From contig OZ199838.1 of assembly GCA_964304625.1 (NCBI GenBank), forward strand, positions 12,281,843 to 12,345,842: DNA of 64,000 bases, given 5' to 3'. Of this stretch, positions 26,211-37,745 are shown one piece after another; the stretch's first letter is position 1, and each line of letters begins with the position of its first letter. The notes below the pieces were generated by a model that worked only from the letters and a program-made list of their open reading frames with translations, was not told the DNA's origin and did no database searches. Both the position numbers and the translations under genes were made by a program. This stretch comes from Kudoa neothunni (taxonomy: Eukaryota; Animalia; Cnidaria).

Positions 26211-27229
26211 AAACCCGTTTTATAAATAATTAAAATATTATTTTTTAGATGAATATAACTTTGCCTTTATTTTTATTTCGTAGATATATTGTCGAAACGT
26301 AAAACCCACGTAATGTTTATGTGTTGGAGAAAATAAACAATATAAACGCTGTTGTATTCACTTATTAAAAAATATGTTATATAAGTGGTTTATTTTGGTC
26401 AATTTTATGTCCTATTAGAAATAAAACTATGTTATTTCATTAAGTTTAATTATATGATATGATTCACTATATATTAAATACGATCAGATTAAAAAGAACC
26501 GGTATATCACAATATCATTTTAGAAGTTTTTGCTATGTGAATAAATGAATCTTAGGTTGATGTAATAATTAATTTTATTTATATTGCAGCATTAGGTGAC
26601 GAATAACAACGTTTCCTGCACATGTTTCTGATTTAAACAATTTTGTGGAAACTCGGGTTGCTCAATGAAATGTTCCTGTATTTCTCGCAAAACACCTTCA
26701 AATTCACCCACTGAGGATTCGGTGGCATGCATAGACGATTTAATATAGAATTTATCGAAAGATTTGTAATTAGAGTTTTATTATAATAAATTAAAAATAG
26801 ATTCTAGAAATAAAATAACTACATCATACTATATGCATACTTTTGAGGAATATTTTGATGAGTCAAAAAGTTGGTTAAAATATGTGAATAGTCTATAAGA
26901 TAATCTTCAGTTTTCTATAATTCGATTGTAAAAATTTTTGAATGATATCAAATCAATCAAAAATATTTTATTTATACGATAAAATAGTAGCATGTTTCAA
27001 TGGGACTTCAAATAATACAACAATCAAGAGAGGATGTTCTTTAAATTTTTGATTTTTAATAACCTACGTCTATTAAGTTATAAGTTATAACCTTTCAGAA
27101 TCATGTTCGTTACATTTTACCCCAATAGATAGATAACGCCAATAGAACTTATATTTAAATATTAGTGACCGATTAATGTGAGAACTGTATAAATAGATTT
27201 CTCAAAAAGGTGTTTTCTAGAAAATATTA

Positions 27230-28420
27230 CAATGAGAATGAATTTGTTCATTTATTACCGAAATAAGCATCTTTAAAGTACACAATAACTGTAGGAAATG
27301 TCAAGGAACAGTCATTTAATATATCGGAATAGTTGGCGATATTACTACAAACAGATATAGAAAAGAAACTTCCATTTTAAAACCCTATTTCTCATAAATA
27401 TAAAATTTAGAGTCTAAGATTTGTTGGAGTTAGCATATTCCTGGATGGTGGATAAAAATATCGTTAACTAAAATAAAACTAACAGTCACTCTTCCCAATC
27501 AATGACTATTGTCACTATCCAAGTTAATTAGTAGCGGATAGTTTAGACTTTAAGTAAATTGATAATAGAACGGAAAGCTAATCTTAAAGAGTAAGATGTC
27601 CAAATATTGCAAGATAACGTATAGCAGAGTACATGACGTTGAGAGCACAAATATTGGGGGAGCCTGGACAATGTGGCATAGTGGTGTTAGGGCGAGATCG
27701 CATAATTTGAGGTTGCAAGTTCGAAGCCTAGTCCGGGCGTTCCTGTACTCCTAATCCAAAATTAAGTAGGAAGGTTGTAATAATCTCAAAGATATATGAT
27801 TTATCGTGGCCTTGCTTGCAGTTGGGAGGAGAGCCTGGCGGTGGGATAGATCTTGGGCGCTCATAAACGCCTGGGTACAGGAACGAAATACCACCCAGTA
27901 GGGGGTTTCCATAGAGCTGACGCCCGCATTCAGACTAGTTCTGGGTTAGTCCATGGTAAGGTTGTGGTGGTGGTGCTCCGAAACGAGGATGTTTAGTGGA
28001 TTAAAATCCCACACTGCCGCATAAACATAAGTCGCCTTAATATGACGTTGCGGTGCCTAAAGCGTAAATGGGAAAGGTCTAACCAGCCCAAATTTCACAA
28101 CCTAATAAGTTTCGCCAGGAGTTTCACCTTGTAAACAAAAAAACAACGAATTTTGAGGGATGTGGAAAGGAAACCAGAAAAAAATGTTTTAAGTAGAAAT
28201 TTTCGACGATATCGCCGAGGCATCCACTAAAAAATTATAGCATACCTTCAACCTGGCTCTACTGTCATAACCGCTTGATTCAAAAGTCAGGGAACAACCC
28301 ATCATTTCTTTACTCGCCTCGCTTTAAACCGCAATGTAGATTAAGTGAATACTATCACATGAGCCCATACTAAAAGCATTGAGGAAGTTCGAAGTTCTTA
28401 CAAATACAAAATATCACCAA
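27230..28420 (+). mobile_element. Merlin (IS1016/ISXO2-like) transposase relic, copy A, interrupted by a SINE
   Basis: CRKC zinc-knuckle trace (~27290), QPGSTVIT (~28250) and AHTKSIE (~28365). Homologous to 32380-33050. Confidence 0.6.
27662..28145 (+). mobile_element. tRNA-Met-derived SINE, copy 1
   Basis: Head 27662-27738 has acceptor stem GCCTGGA/TCCGGGC, A box TGGCATAGTGG, a CATAA anticodon loop and B box GTTCGAAGC. GC-rich body, then tail CACCTTGTAAACAAAAAAAC. Homologous copy at 33067-33507. Confidence 0.8.
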
Positions 28421-28717
28421 GGAATAGAACATCTTCGGTTAATAAACGTGGTTCTGTCAACATGTAGGGCATCAATTAATATCTCGATGAATTTCAATGG
28501 AGAGGAAAAGTCTGATTTATGGTGATAAAAATATTTTCATTAAAATTTTGTGGTTGAAAGTAAGTGAGACTAATATTATATTCATAAAGTGTATTCTATA
28601 TGCGCTTACCCTTTCATATGTAAGAATTAGGGGATTTATATCAATGTGAAACCTCGAAAAATATTCCAATCTTAATTATAAAACGTAACAGTTCGTATCT
28701 AACTGTATTATAAATAT

Positions 28718-31700
28718 CTAATTTTTGTTTCTCATGTATCCAAAATAGAATCCTATTCCAATTACCACTATCATAACTGGGACCACGACAGCAATAATTC
28801 TAAGTGGAAAAATTATTACAGCAGATTAGATTTTTACTACATTGTATTCTTTGACCTAAAAAATCATAAATAAGTCTAATACACACTTCATATTACGTTG
28901 ATTTATTTGACGTTTCTCCTAAACATTAATTATAGAAATTAACCCAATATATTTATTTTAGGAATACCTCTTTTTATCACAGCAGTTCCAAAAATTTTCT
29001 CATCGTTGCTATGAATTACCCTCACTCGATAATCATTGGTATCTTCAATATCAGAAATTGAGATCTGCTTACAGGATGGGAATGCAGTACAATCTTGACC
29101 AATGACCATGCATTTTTTCACAATCGGTTTAGCGACGTCTTCCCAATTTATTAATTCCCATTTACACAGGGAATTTTCATTCACACCTTGAGGTAGAATA
29201 GTTTCAATTTTTAATGTTTTATCTTCACGTACAATCACTACAGTTATTTGTTTGCTCACGTCCTCATTATGTACAAGTGATGGATCTAAATTAAATTATT
29301 TATAACGTGAATGAATGAACATGTTAATTTGATTTTCTACCGAAATAAATAATTAAAAGAATGAACATATTTATTAATTAAAAAAGAATAAATTTAGTGT
29401 AATAATATTGACTTTTCGGTATAGATATGGATACTTCCGCCGATCTTCCAATAGCAGTTATTAACAATTTATACTCTTTATCCGCTTCGTATCCATTGGT
29501 CACAACGATACTATTGCATAAAGGCACCTGAGTGCATGACGAAAATTGTACAGCAGTATTTGTTGATGGAGTTGTGGGTGTAGTTGGTTTAGGGACAGCG
29601 TTCGCTGCTCTCGCGACTTTCGTTTCATGAGATGCAGATGGTAATGGTAATTTTTGTATTGAACTAAGTGTGTCCTTAACGCTGGGATTTATTTCATCTT
29701 TAAATATTCTCGAAGCGGCGCTTGGTGTTGGATTTAAAGTGGGTGGAGGACAAACAAAAACCTCCTTGAATGTTTTATCTTTTCTTTGAAGTTTAAATTC
29801 GCATTCTGCATCTGGATCGGGAGTAGATAGGGTGCCTACCACTTTAAATCCCTTATCCAAGAAACTTGATGTGAGTGTAAGTGTCGCCATACCTTATCAA
29901 AATCAATAATATTATTTGGAAGTTACAAAATACTAGTTTTAATTCCAGAGTATATTTTCGGTTCGTACTCTTTGTGTGCAATAACTTTGATGTCATATGT
30001 TGATCCTGGAATGAGATTTGTGATAGTTTTTGACTCCTTGCAATGTCCTCTGCAGGGGTAGCTGTCAATGCAATGTGCATTGATGAATGCATTTTTGTCT
30101 GTTATACTAATGTAATATGAACATGTGGCTTGAGTTTTATCTGTCGTTTCATCACCGTCTAGTGCTTTAATCGTAGCTGTCGACTCCGTTACGGTGGGAT
30201 TAGTGGGGCTAAGTACAGATCCCACTTTAGGGTCTACATAATACTATTTAGTAATCTTTTCAAAATATTTAATTTACTTGTGCTAACAAACAGATATTCA
30301 TTAAACTCCGTTGGACTGCTTATACCACTTGATGCAATCTCAATCATCATAGGTCTTCCTTCAGTGAACCCTTGGATGGTCAGGCTACTCTCGCATCCAT
30401 TTCCACAAGGAGAACTACCGTCGCAGTTCGTTGATGTTCCTTGCTTGGTTTCCGGTCTTGGTTTATCAGCTGGAAAATGTTTTAGGGTGCATGAGGTGAA
30501 CTTTGGCTCATTTGTTGGGTTAAAAGGAGACGCATTTAGCGTAGCGCCAGTAGTTGTAATAGTCTTAAACAAACCATCTTGCGGCTCAACAATGACTAAA
30601 TAGCGTTTAAAACCATAACACCTATATTAACATACCAAATTTCGTAGTTTTATATCCATCATAATGATCTCCCGTTAGTTTAATGTTATGGTGTCTGGTT
30701 TGAATCGAAATTTCAACGAGTACTTTATTGTCTGCTAATGTAAGCTCAAAGTTGTCACATGGCGCATAGCATTCCTTTCCTTCAGCTCCGCAAATATAAG
30801 AAAATGGAGTTTTATTTGTAATCGTGGCATCTCTTATACCAAATCGGCATATTTCAGTTGGGAAATTATTTGTAAATTTAAGATTGTATTTATTTTTCTC
30901 ATTGGCCGATTTAAAGGCCACATAATGTTGTGGTTTGAAAACATCGATATTCTTTTTCATATATGAATTTGGCATATTATAAAAGAAGCTTGGATAGTTT
31001 TCACATTGCATTTCATAATACGGAATCATTAAGTTAAATTCTACGTCGATATCACTAGCAGTAGCACAGTCGGCGCCAATTGCTCCTTCGTTATATTGAA
31101 CCCCCTTGTACTTAACGGGGCATTTCACATTAGAACATGTTGTTGTAGAAAATTTTAATTTCTGATCGGCTGAGGTTGATATTGCAACTTGAGGATTCAC
31201 GAGTAATGCTAAATGATTATGAATATTTGTATTGTTAAAATAATTGGTACGTATTTCGAATCCAAAAACATTTCCTCCTGTAATTCCAGCTGCTGCTGCC
31301 GTAGCATCATTTCCGACAAAAACATAGATATATTTGTTTCTTGGGGAGAGTATGTTATATGTCAATTTATTTCCATCATTGTTGCATGGAATCACGCATT
31401 TATTCGGATGTCCGTTAGCATTTCCAGGGCATGTATCTATGTCCTCATAAGCTGTTAAACCACTGTTAGGTTTCTTCATTAGACAATGCTTTTCAGCTCC
31501 ATAATCTGTACCACTCAACTTAAGTTTTAATTTTTTTTCCCTAGCATCATCAATAATTTGGTAAGAAAGAACTTTCGCATCGTTTGCTGTTGTTGCTGCT
31601 GGTAGGCTATCATCGGCAGGATAATAATAATGGATATCTATTAATAATATTAATTTATGAATATAATGCCTTATATACTCAACAAAATAGTCACTACTAT

Positions 31701-31724
31701 TAAAATATTTATCGCTGGTCTCAT
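28718..31724 (-). CDS. Novel Cys-patterned, FN3-like multidomain type I membrane protein, paralog A
   Basis: Signal peptide MRPAINILIVVTILLNIHYYYPA. About 7 modules of 4 Cys on phase-1 exons, one with FN3-like TITNLIPGSTYDIKVIA. Two micro-exons (22 and 15 nt). TM IIIAVVVPVMIVVIGIGFYFG and tail YMRNKN*. All introns GT-AG; reading frame intact. Confidence 0.85.
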
Positions 31725-32379
31725 AAGTTTATAAAAAATTCAAATAAGATTAATTTTATAACTTTTCGGCAATAAAAGGACGACAATATAACGAAAATAT
31801 TTGTTTACATAAATTGCATTCATCATAGTATAACATTCTTGTTATGTATATCAATAAATATTATACTAATAGTATTAGCTAAGTTCTTCCAAATATATGA
31901 TTACCTACTCCTTATCCTATATTTTTATTAAATTTATCATATTTTATCTTTTTAAAGTAAACAATCTAAAAATTTCTGTTTTTGCCTCTTGAGTATATTG
32001 GCTTAACGACTAATGATCATTATTACTATAGAATTATAAATGTGTCCAAGATTGTTACAGAAAATATTAAATGACAAATTTTTGTCGTAATTGGTTAAAC
32101 AATCTGACGAAATAATCTAAGATACTATTCCATTGATAAATTTTATACATTAGTAATACTCGTTTTATTAAAATTGATAACAACTCATTATTTTAAGTAA
32201 TTTAGTCTGAAGAAAATTTAATAATTAATTCTCTGTAATTTTTTAGTAAATAACATAGCTAATTAGCATACTATGAGGAATACTTCATTTTTTTAATGTA
32301 AATAAAAAAAATGTTTAAAATCATCGAATAACGTAATCAAACCTCAGGATGAGAAAATATGCACAAAACCAAAACCATG

Positions 32380-33050
32380 CAATAGCAGGGTCAAATTGTA
32401 TTAGCATCTTCATCCTTCCGAGTAATTATATGAAGTGTCATGAACCAGCCATTTAATACATTGAAAAATTAGCAATACTACTAGAATAGGTGAATAAAAG
32501 AAACGTATATTTTTGAGGCGCTAATTCTGATTAATATGAAAATTTAACTTCATAATTATTCATGTTAACATATTATTGGTCGGCGGGCCAAAAAAGAGTT
32601 AATTGGGCACAATTAGCAACTATTGCCATTATCTTCGCCAGCTAGTATCGGGTTTTTTAGACTTTAAATGAATAATATTAGAGGAAAGAAAATAGTTGTT
32701 GAGATTGATGAATCTAGATTTGTCATAGTAAAACATAACAGAGGGCTTGTCATTAATGGAACATGAGTTCTTGGAGATGTAAAAAAGTACACCAGAAAAA
32801 AAGATGCATTTAAAAGAATTTTGTTACGGAACGGCTGAAGCATTCATCAAAAAATTATAGCGTATTTTCTATCTAGCTCTGTTATCATATCTGAGTGATT
32901 CAAGAGTAACGGAGCAATCCACAATTTCTGTACTTACTTCGCAGTAAACCATAACATAGAATATGTAAATATTGCCATAAGAGCATATACAAGAACAATT
33001 AAATGAACTCGGGGTGTTATCAAATACAAAATATCACAAAGAAAAAACCA
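32380..33050 (+). mobile_element. Merlin (IS1016/ISXO2-like) transposase relic, copy B
   Basis: IVVEIDESRFVIVKHNRG...GT*VLG (~32692-32778) and VNHNIEYVN...AYTRTI (~32944-33000) match the Merlin motifs VEIDES, KYNRG, WVFG, VNH and HTxxIE. Confidence 0.8.
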
Positions 33051-33066
33051 TCTATGATTTATGTAA

Positions 33067-33507
33067 TTTTTTTGTTTTCAAGGTAAAACCCCTGGCGCAA
33101 CTTATTGAAGCGTGGAGTTATGGCTGGTTAGACATTTCCATTAATTCTGTAAGCATCGCAGGATTAATAACATCTACCTCCTCGCCTCTTAGCTTTCTGC
33201 GGTACTGTGGGAGTTTAAACTATTAGTACCCCCGTCGGTGGGGCCACCACCATCCTAAACCCTACCCATATAACGACTTGGACTCAATAGAGATTTCAAG
33301 AGTGTTAATATACCCCCCTCTGCTAGATCGACCTATAACTGCAGGTGAAATTATGCTTATAATGCGATCATATTCTATCAAAAGTTCCCATTATGGAATG
33401 AAAAAACGCTCTAATGAAAGCAGTAGACTGATCAGCGATGAAAATCGGACTCAGTACCTCCGGTTATTGCGTCCAGTCACCACACCATATGGCTATATGT
33501 CATCGGC
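33067..33507 (-). mobile_element. tRNA-derived SINE, copy 2 (same family as 27662-28145)
   Basis: Minus strand carries A box TAGCCATATGG and B box GAGTCCGATTT. Body GGATGGTGGTGG...TAAACTCCCACAGTACCGC and tail GGGGTTTTACCTTGAAAACAAAAAAA align with copy 1. Confidence 0.72.
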
Positions 33508-33791
33508 TCCGGTTAATAAACGTAGTTCTGTCAACATGAATGGCATCAATTAATATCTCAGTGAATTTCAATGGAGAAGAAAAATCTGATTTGTGGTGAT
33601 AAAAATATTTTCATTAAAATTTTGTGGTTGAAAGTAAGTGAGACTAATATTATATTCATAAAGTGTATTCTATATGCGCTTACCCTTTCATATGTAAGAA
33701 TTAGGGGATTTATATCAATGTGAAACCTCGAAAAATATTCCAATCTTAATTATAAAACGTAACAGTTCGTATCTAACTGTATTATAAATAT

Positions 33792-36700
33792 CTAATTTTT
33801 GTTTCTCATGTATCCAAAATAGAATCCTATTCCAATTACCGCTATCACAACTGGAACCACGACAGCAATAATTCTAAGTGGAAAAATTATTACAGCAGAT
33901 TAGATTTTTACTACATTGTATTCTTTGACCTAAAAAATCTTAAATAAGTCTAATACATACTTCATATTACGTTGATTTATTTGACGTTTCTCCTAAACAT
34001 TAATTATAGAAATTAACCCAATATATTTATTTTAGGAATACCTCTTTTTATCACAGCAGTTCCAAAAATTTTCTCATCGTTGCTATGAATTACCCTCACT
34101 CGATAATCATTGGTATCTTCAATATCAGAAATTGAGATCTGCTTACAGGATGGGAATGCAGTACAATCTTGACCAATGGCCATGCATTTTTTCACAATCG
34201 GTTTAGCGACGTCTTCCCAATTTATTAATTCCCATTTACACAGGGAATTTTCATTCACACCTTGAGGTAGAATAGTTTCAATTTTTAATGTTTTATCTTC
34301 ACGTACAATCACTACAGTTATTTGTTTGCTCACGTCCTCATTATGTACAAGTGATGGATCTAAATTAAATTATTTATAACGTGAATGAATGAACATGTTA
34401 ATTTGATTTTCTACCGAAATAAATAATTAAAAGAATGAACATATTTATTAATTAAAAAAGAATAAATTTAGTGTAATAATATTGACTTTTCGGTATAGAT
34501 ATGGATACTTCCGCCGATCTTCCAATAGCAGTTATTAACAATTTATACTCTTTATCCGCTTCGTATCCATTGGTCACAACGATACTATTGCATAAAGGCA
34601 CCTGAGTGCATGACGAAAATTGTACAGCAGTATTTGTTGATGGAGTTGTGGGTGTAGTTGGTTTAGGGACAGCGTTCGCTGCTCTCGCGACTTTCGTTTC
34701 ATGAGATGCAGATGGTAATGGTAATTTTTGTATTGAACTAAGTGTGTCCTTAACGCTGGTATCTATTTCATCTTCAAGTATTCTCGAAGTAGCGCTTGGT
34801 GTTGGATTTAAAGTGGGTGGAGGACAAACAAAAACCTCCTTGAATGTTTTATCTTTTCTTTGAAGTTTAAATTCACATTCTGCATCTGGATCGGGAGTAG
34901 ATAGGGTGCCTACCACTTTGAAACCCTTATCCAAGAAACTTGATGTGAGTGTAAGTGTCGCCGTACCTTATCAAAATCAATAATATTATTCGGAAGTCAG
35001 AAAATACTAGTTTTAATTCCAGAGTATATTTTCGGTTCGTACTCTTTGTGTGCAATAACTTTGATGTCATATGTTGATCCTGGAATGAGATTTGTGATAG
35101 TTTTTGACTCCTTGCAATGTCCTCTGCAGGGGTAGCTGTCAATGCAATGTGCATCGATGAACGCATTTTTGCCTGTTATACTAATGTAATATGAACATGT
35201 GGCTTGACTTGTTTCTGTATCTTCAGCGCCTGCTAATGCTTTAACTACAGCTGTCGACTCGGTTACGACTGGAATGTTGGAGCCAAATACTGACCCTTCT
35301 TTAGATTCTACATGATATAATTTAGCAATATTTTTCGGAATATGTCAATTACTTGTCCCAACAAACAAATATTCGTAACGGTTTCCTGTAGTTAGCGTAG
35401 CACTTGACGCAATCTCAATCATCATAGGTCTTCCTTCGGTAAACCCGTGGATCGTCAGATTATCCACGCATGTTGTTGCACAAGAAGTGCCGCTGTCACA
35501 ATTCGCTCCTGTCCCCGCTCCGGCAGCTGGTCTTGGTTTATCTGCAGGGAAGTGTTTTATGACGCACTCATTAAATGTAGAATCACCATTTGGTTTAAAA
35601 AGAGACGCATTTAACGTAACAACAGTAGTTGTAATAGTCTTAAACAAACCACCTTGTGGCTCAATAATGACTAAATGGCGATTTAAATAACTAACTTTGC
35701 TATAATATACCAAATTTTGTAATTTTATATCCATCGTAATCGGTCCCCGCTAGTTGTATATTATGGTGTCTGGTTTGGATCGAAATATCGACGAGTACTT
35801 TATTGTCTGCTAATGTAAGCTCAATGTTGTCACATGGCGCATAGCATTCCTTTCCTGCAGTTCCGCAAACATGTGAAAATGAAGATCTAGATGGAACTGT
35901 GGCATCTCTTATACCAAATCGACATATTTCAGTTGGGAAATTATTTGTAAATCTAAGATTGTATTTGTTTTTAACCTCAGCCGATTTAAAAGCCACATAA
36001 TATTGTGGTTTGAAAACATCGATATTCTTTTTCATATATTGATTTGGCATATTATAAAAGAAGCTTGGATACTTTTCACACTGCATTTCATAATACGGAA
36101 TCATCAAGTCAAATTCCACTTGAATATCGCTAGCAGTAGCACAGCCGGCGCCAGCTGCTCCTTCGTTATATTGAACCCCCTTGTACTTAACGGGGCAATT
36201 CACATTAGAACATGTTGTTGTAGAAAATTTTAATTTCTGATCGGCTGAGGTTGATATTGCAACTTGAGGGTTCACGAGTAATGCTAAATAATTATGAAAA
36301 TTTTGATCAATCAAATAATTGTTACGTATTTCGAATCCGAAAACATTTCCTCCTGTAGTTCCAGCTGAAACGGCTTGAGCATCATTTCCGACAAAAACAT
36401 AGATATATTTGTTTCTTGGGGAGAGTATGTTATACGCCAATTTATTTTCATTATTGTTGCATGGAATCACGCATTTAGTCGAATACCCGCTAGCACTTCT
36501 AGGGCATGTATTTATGTCCTCATAAGCTGTTAAACCACTGTTAGGTTTCTTCATTAGACAATGCTTTTCAGCTCCATAATCTGTACCACCCAACTTAAGA
36601 TGTACTTTATTGCCGGTATCGTCAATAATTTTATAGGAGAGAACTTTTGCATCGTTTGCTGTTACTGCTGGTGGGCTATCATCGGCAGAATAATAATAGT

Positions 36701-36793
36701 GGATATCTGTTAATAATATAAATTTATGAATATAATGTCTTATATACTCAACAAAATAGCCACTACTATTAAAATATTTATCGCTGGTCTCAT
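33792..36793 (-). CDS. Novel Cys-patterned, FN3-like multidomain type I membrane protein, paralog B
   Basis: Same exon structure, Cys pattern and YMRNKN tail as paralog A, with a near-identical TM segment. Reading frame intact, including exon ~35008-35307, which the ORF track misses because it has no start codon. Confidence 0.85.
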
Positions 36794-37745
36794 AAGTTTC
36801 TAAAAAATTCAAATAAGATTAATTTTATAATTTTTCGGAAATAAAAGGACGACAATATACCGAAAACTTTTATTTACTTAAATGGTACTCAACGATGTGT
36901 AGTAATCATTTTTATGTATACCAATAAATATTATACTAATAGTATTAGTTTTCTTATTATAATTATCCGACTATATATTCCTTAGACTTGATTTATACTG
37001 CATTTACCATATTTAACTCTCATAGTAGGGAATTGAACAATTTCTGTTTTAAACTATTCATATGTATTGTTTTGATACGTAATGTTATGATCATTACAGA
37101 ATTTTAAATAGGACATGTTTTGTTACAGAAAATACTAAATGACTAATGTCGCCATTATTCGTATAAGAATCAGGCAAAATGATCTTAAATACTATTCTAT
37201 TAATAAATTTTATGAGACAGAAATGCTCATTTTCTTAAAATAGATAACAACTCATTGTGTAAAATAATCTACTCTGAAGGAAAGGCAAGAATAATTCCTT
37301 ACAATTTTTTAATAAATCTTTTAGCATATACAAATAAATTTATAATTTTCAAAATATTATATCAACTTTTTTTTAACCATTTAGAATAGATACATCCAGA
37401 CCTTAGCATTAAGTAATTTTCCGTTAACTCTTTAAATTATTTTAGATTTGCACATTTGAGAATTTAGTAAATATAATAAATGTTTCATAATAATATATAT
37501 TTTATAAATTGATATATATTACTAAATGTTTTGTATTTATTTCAAGGTTCGAAATTGCTGTATTGAATTTATTTTGTGCGGTATATTTGACCATGTTCAG
37601 AGCAAAAAAATTTTCGGGAAAAGTTTATGGAAACTGATAATTATAATATATCTTAAACACTTAAAGTTTTTAAGAGTTGACACGCCAAAATATGTGATCA
37701 TAATTGAGCATATATTTTACAATGACAATTATTGAAAAACAATTA

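Larger units (their letters stand above)
27230..37330. repeat. Tandem segmental duplication with a ~5.07 kb unit (Merlin relic + membrane-protein gene + upstream region)
   Basis: Stop codons are offset by 5074 bp and start codons by 5069 bp. Alignable sequence extends through the Merlin relics (27230-28420 vs 32380-33050) and the upstream regions (to ~32250 and ~37320). Confidence 0.92.

Noticed and set aside
27662-27738. Functional tRNA-Met gene
   Set aside because: The D and anticodon arms pair poorly, and the sequence continues into a repeated body and A-rich tail, so it is treated as a SINE head.
27910-27990. Hammerhead ribozyme core (CTGACGC ... CGAAAC)
   Set aside because: Does not match CUGANGA, stems I and III are not evident, and the motif is not conserved in SINE copy 2.
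33278-33553. 91-aa ORF
   Set aside because: It lies antisense within the SINE and is not preserved in the other SINE copy.
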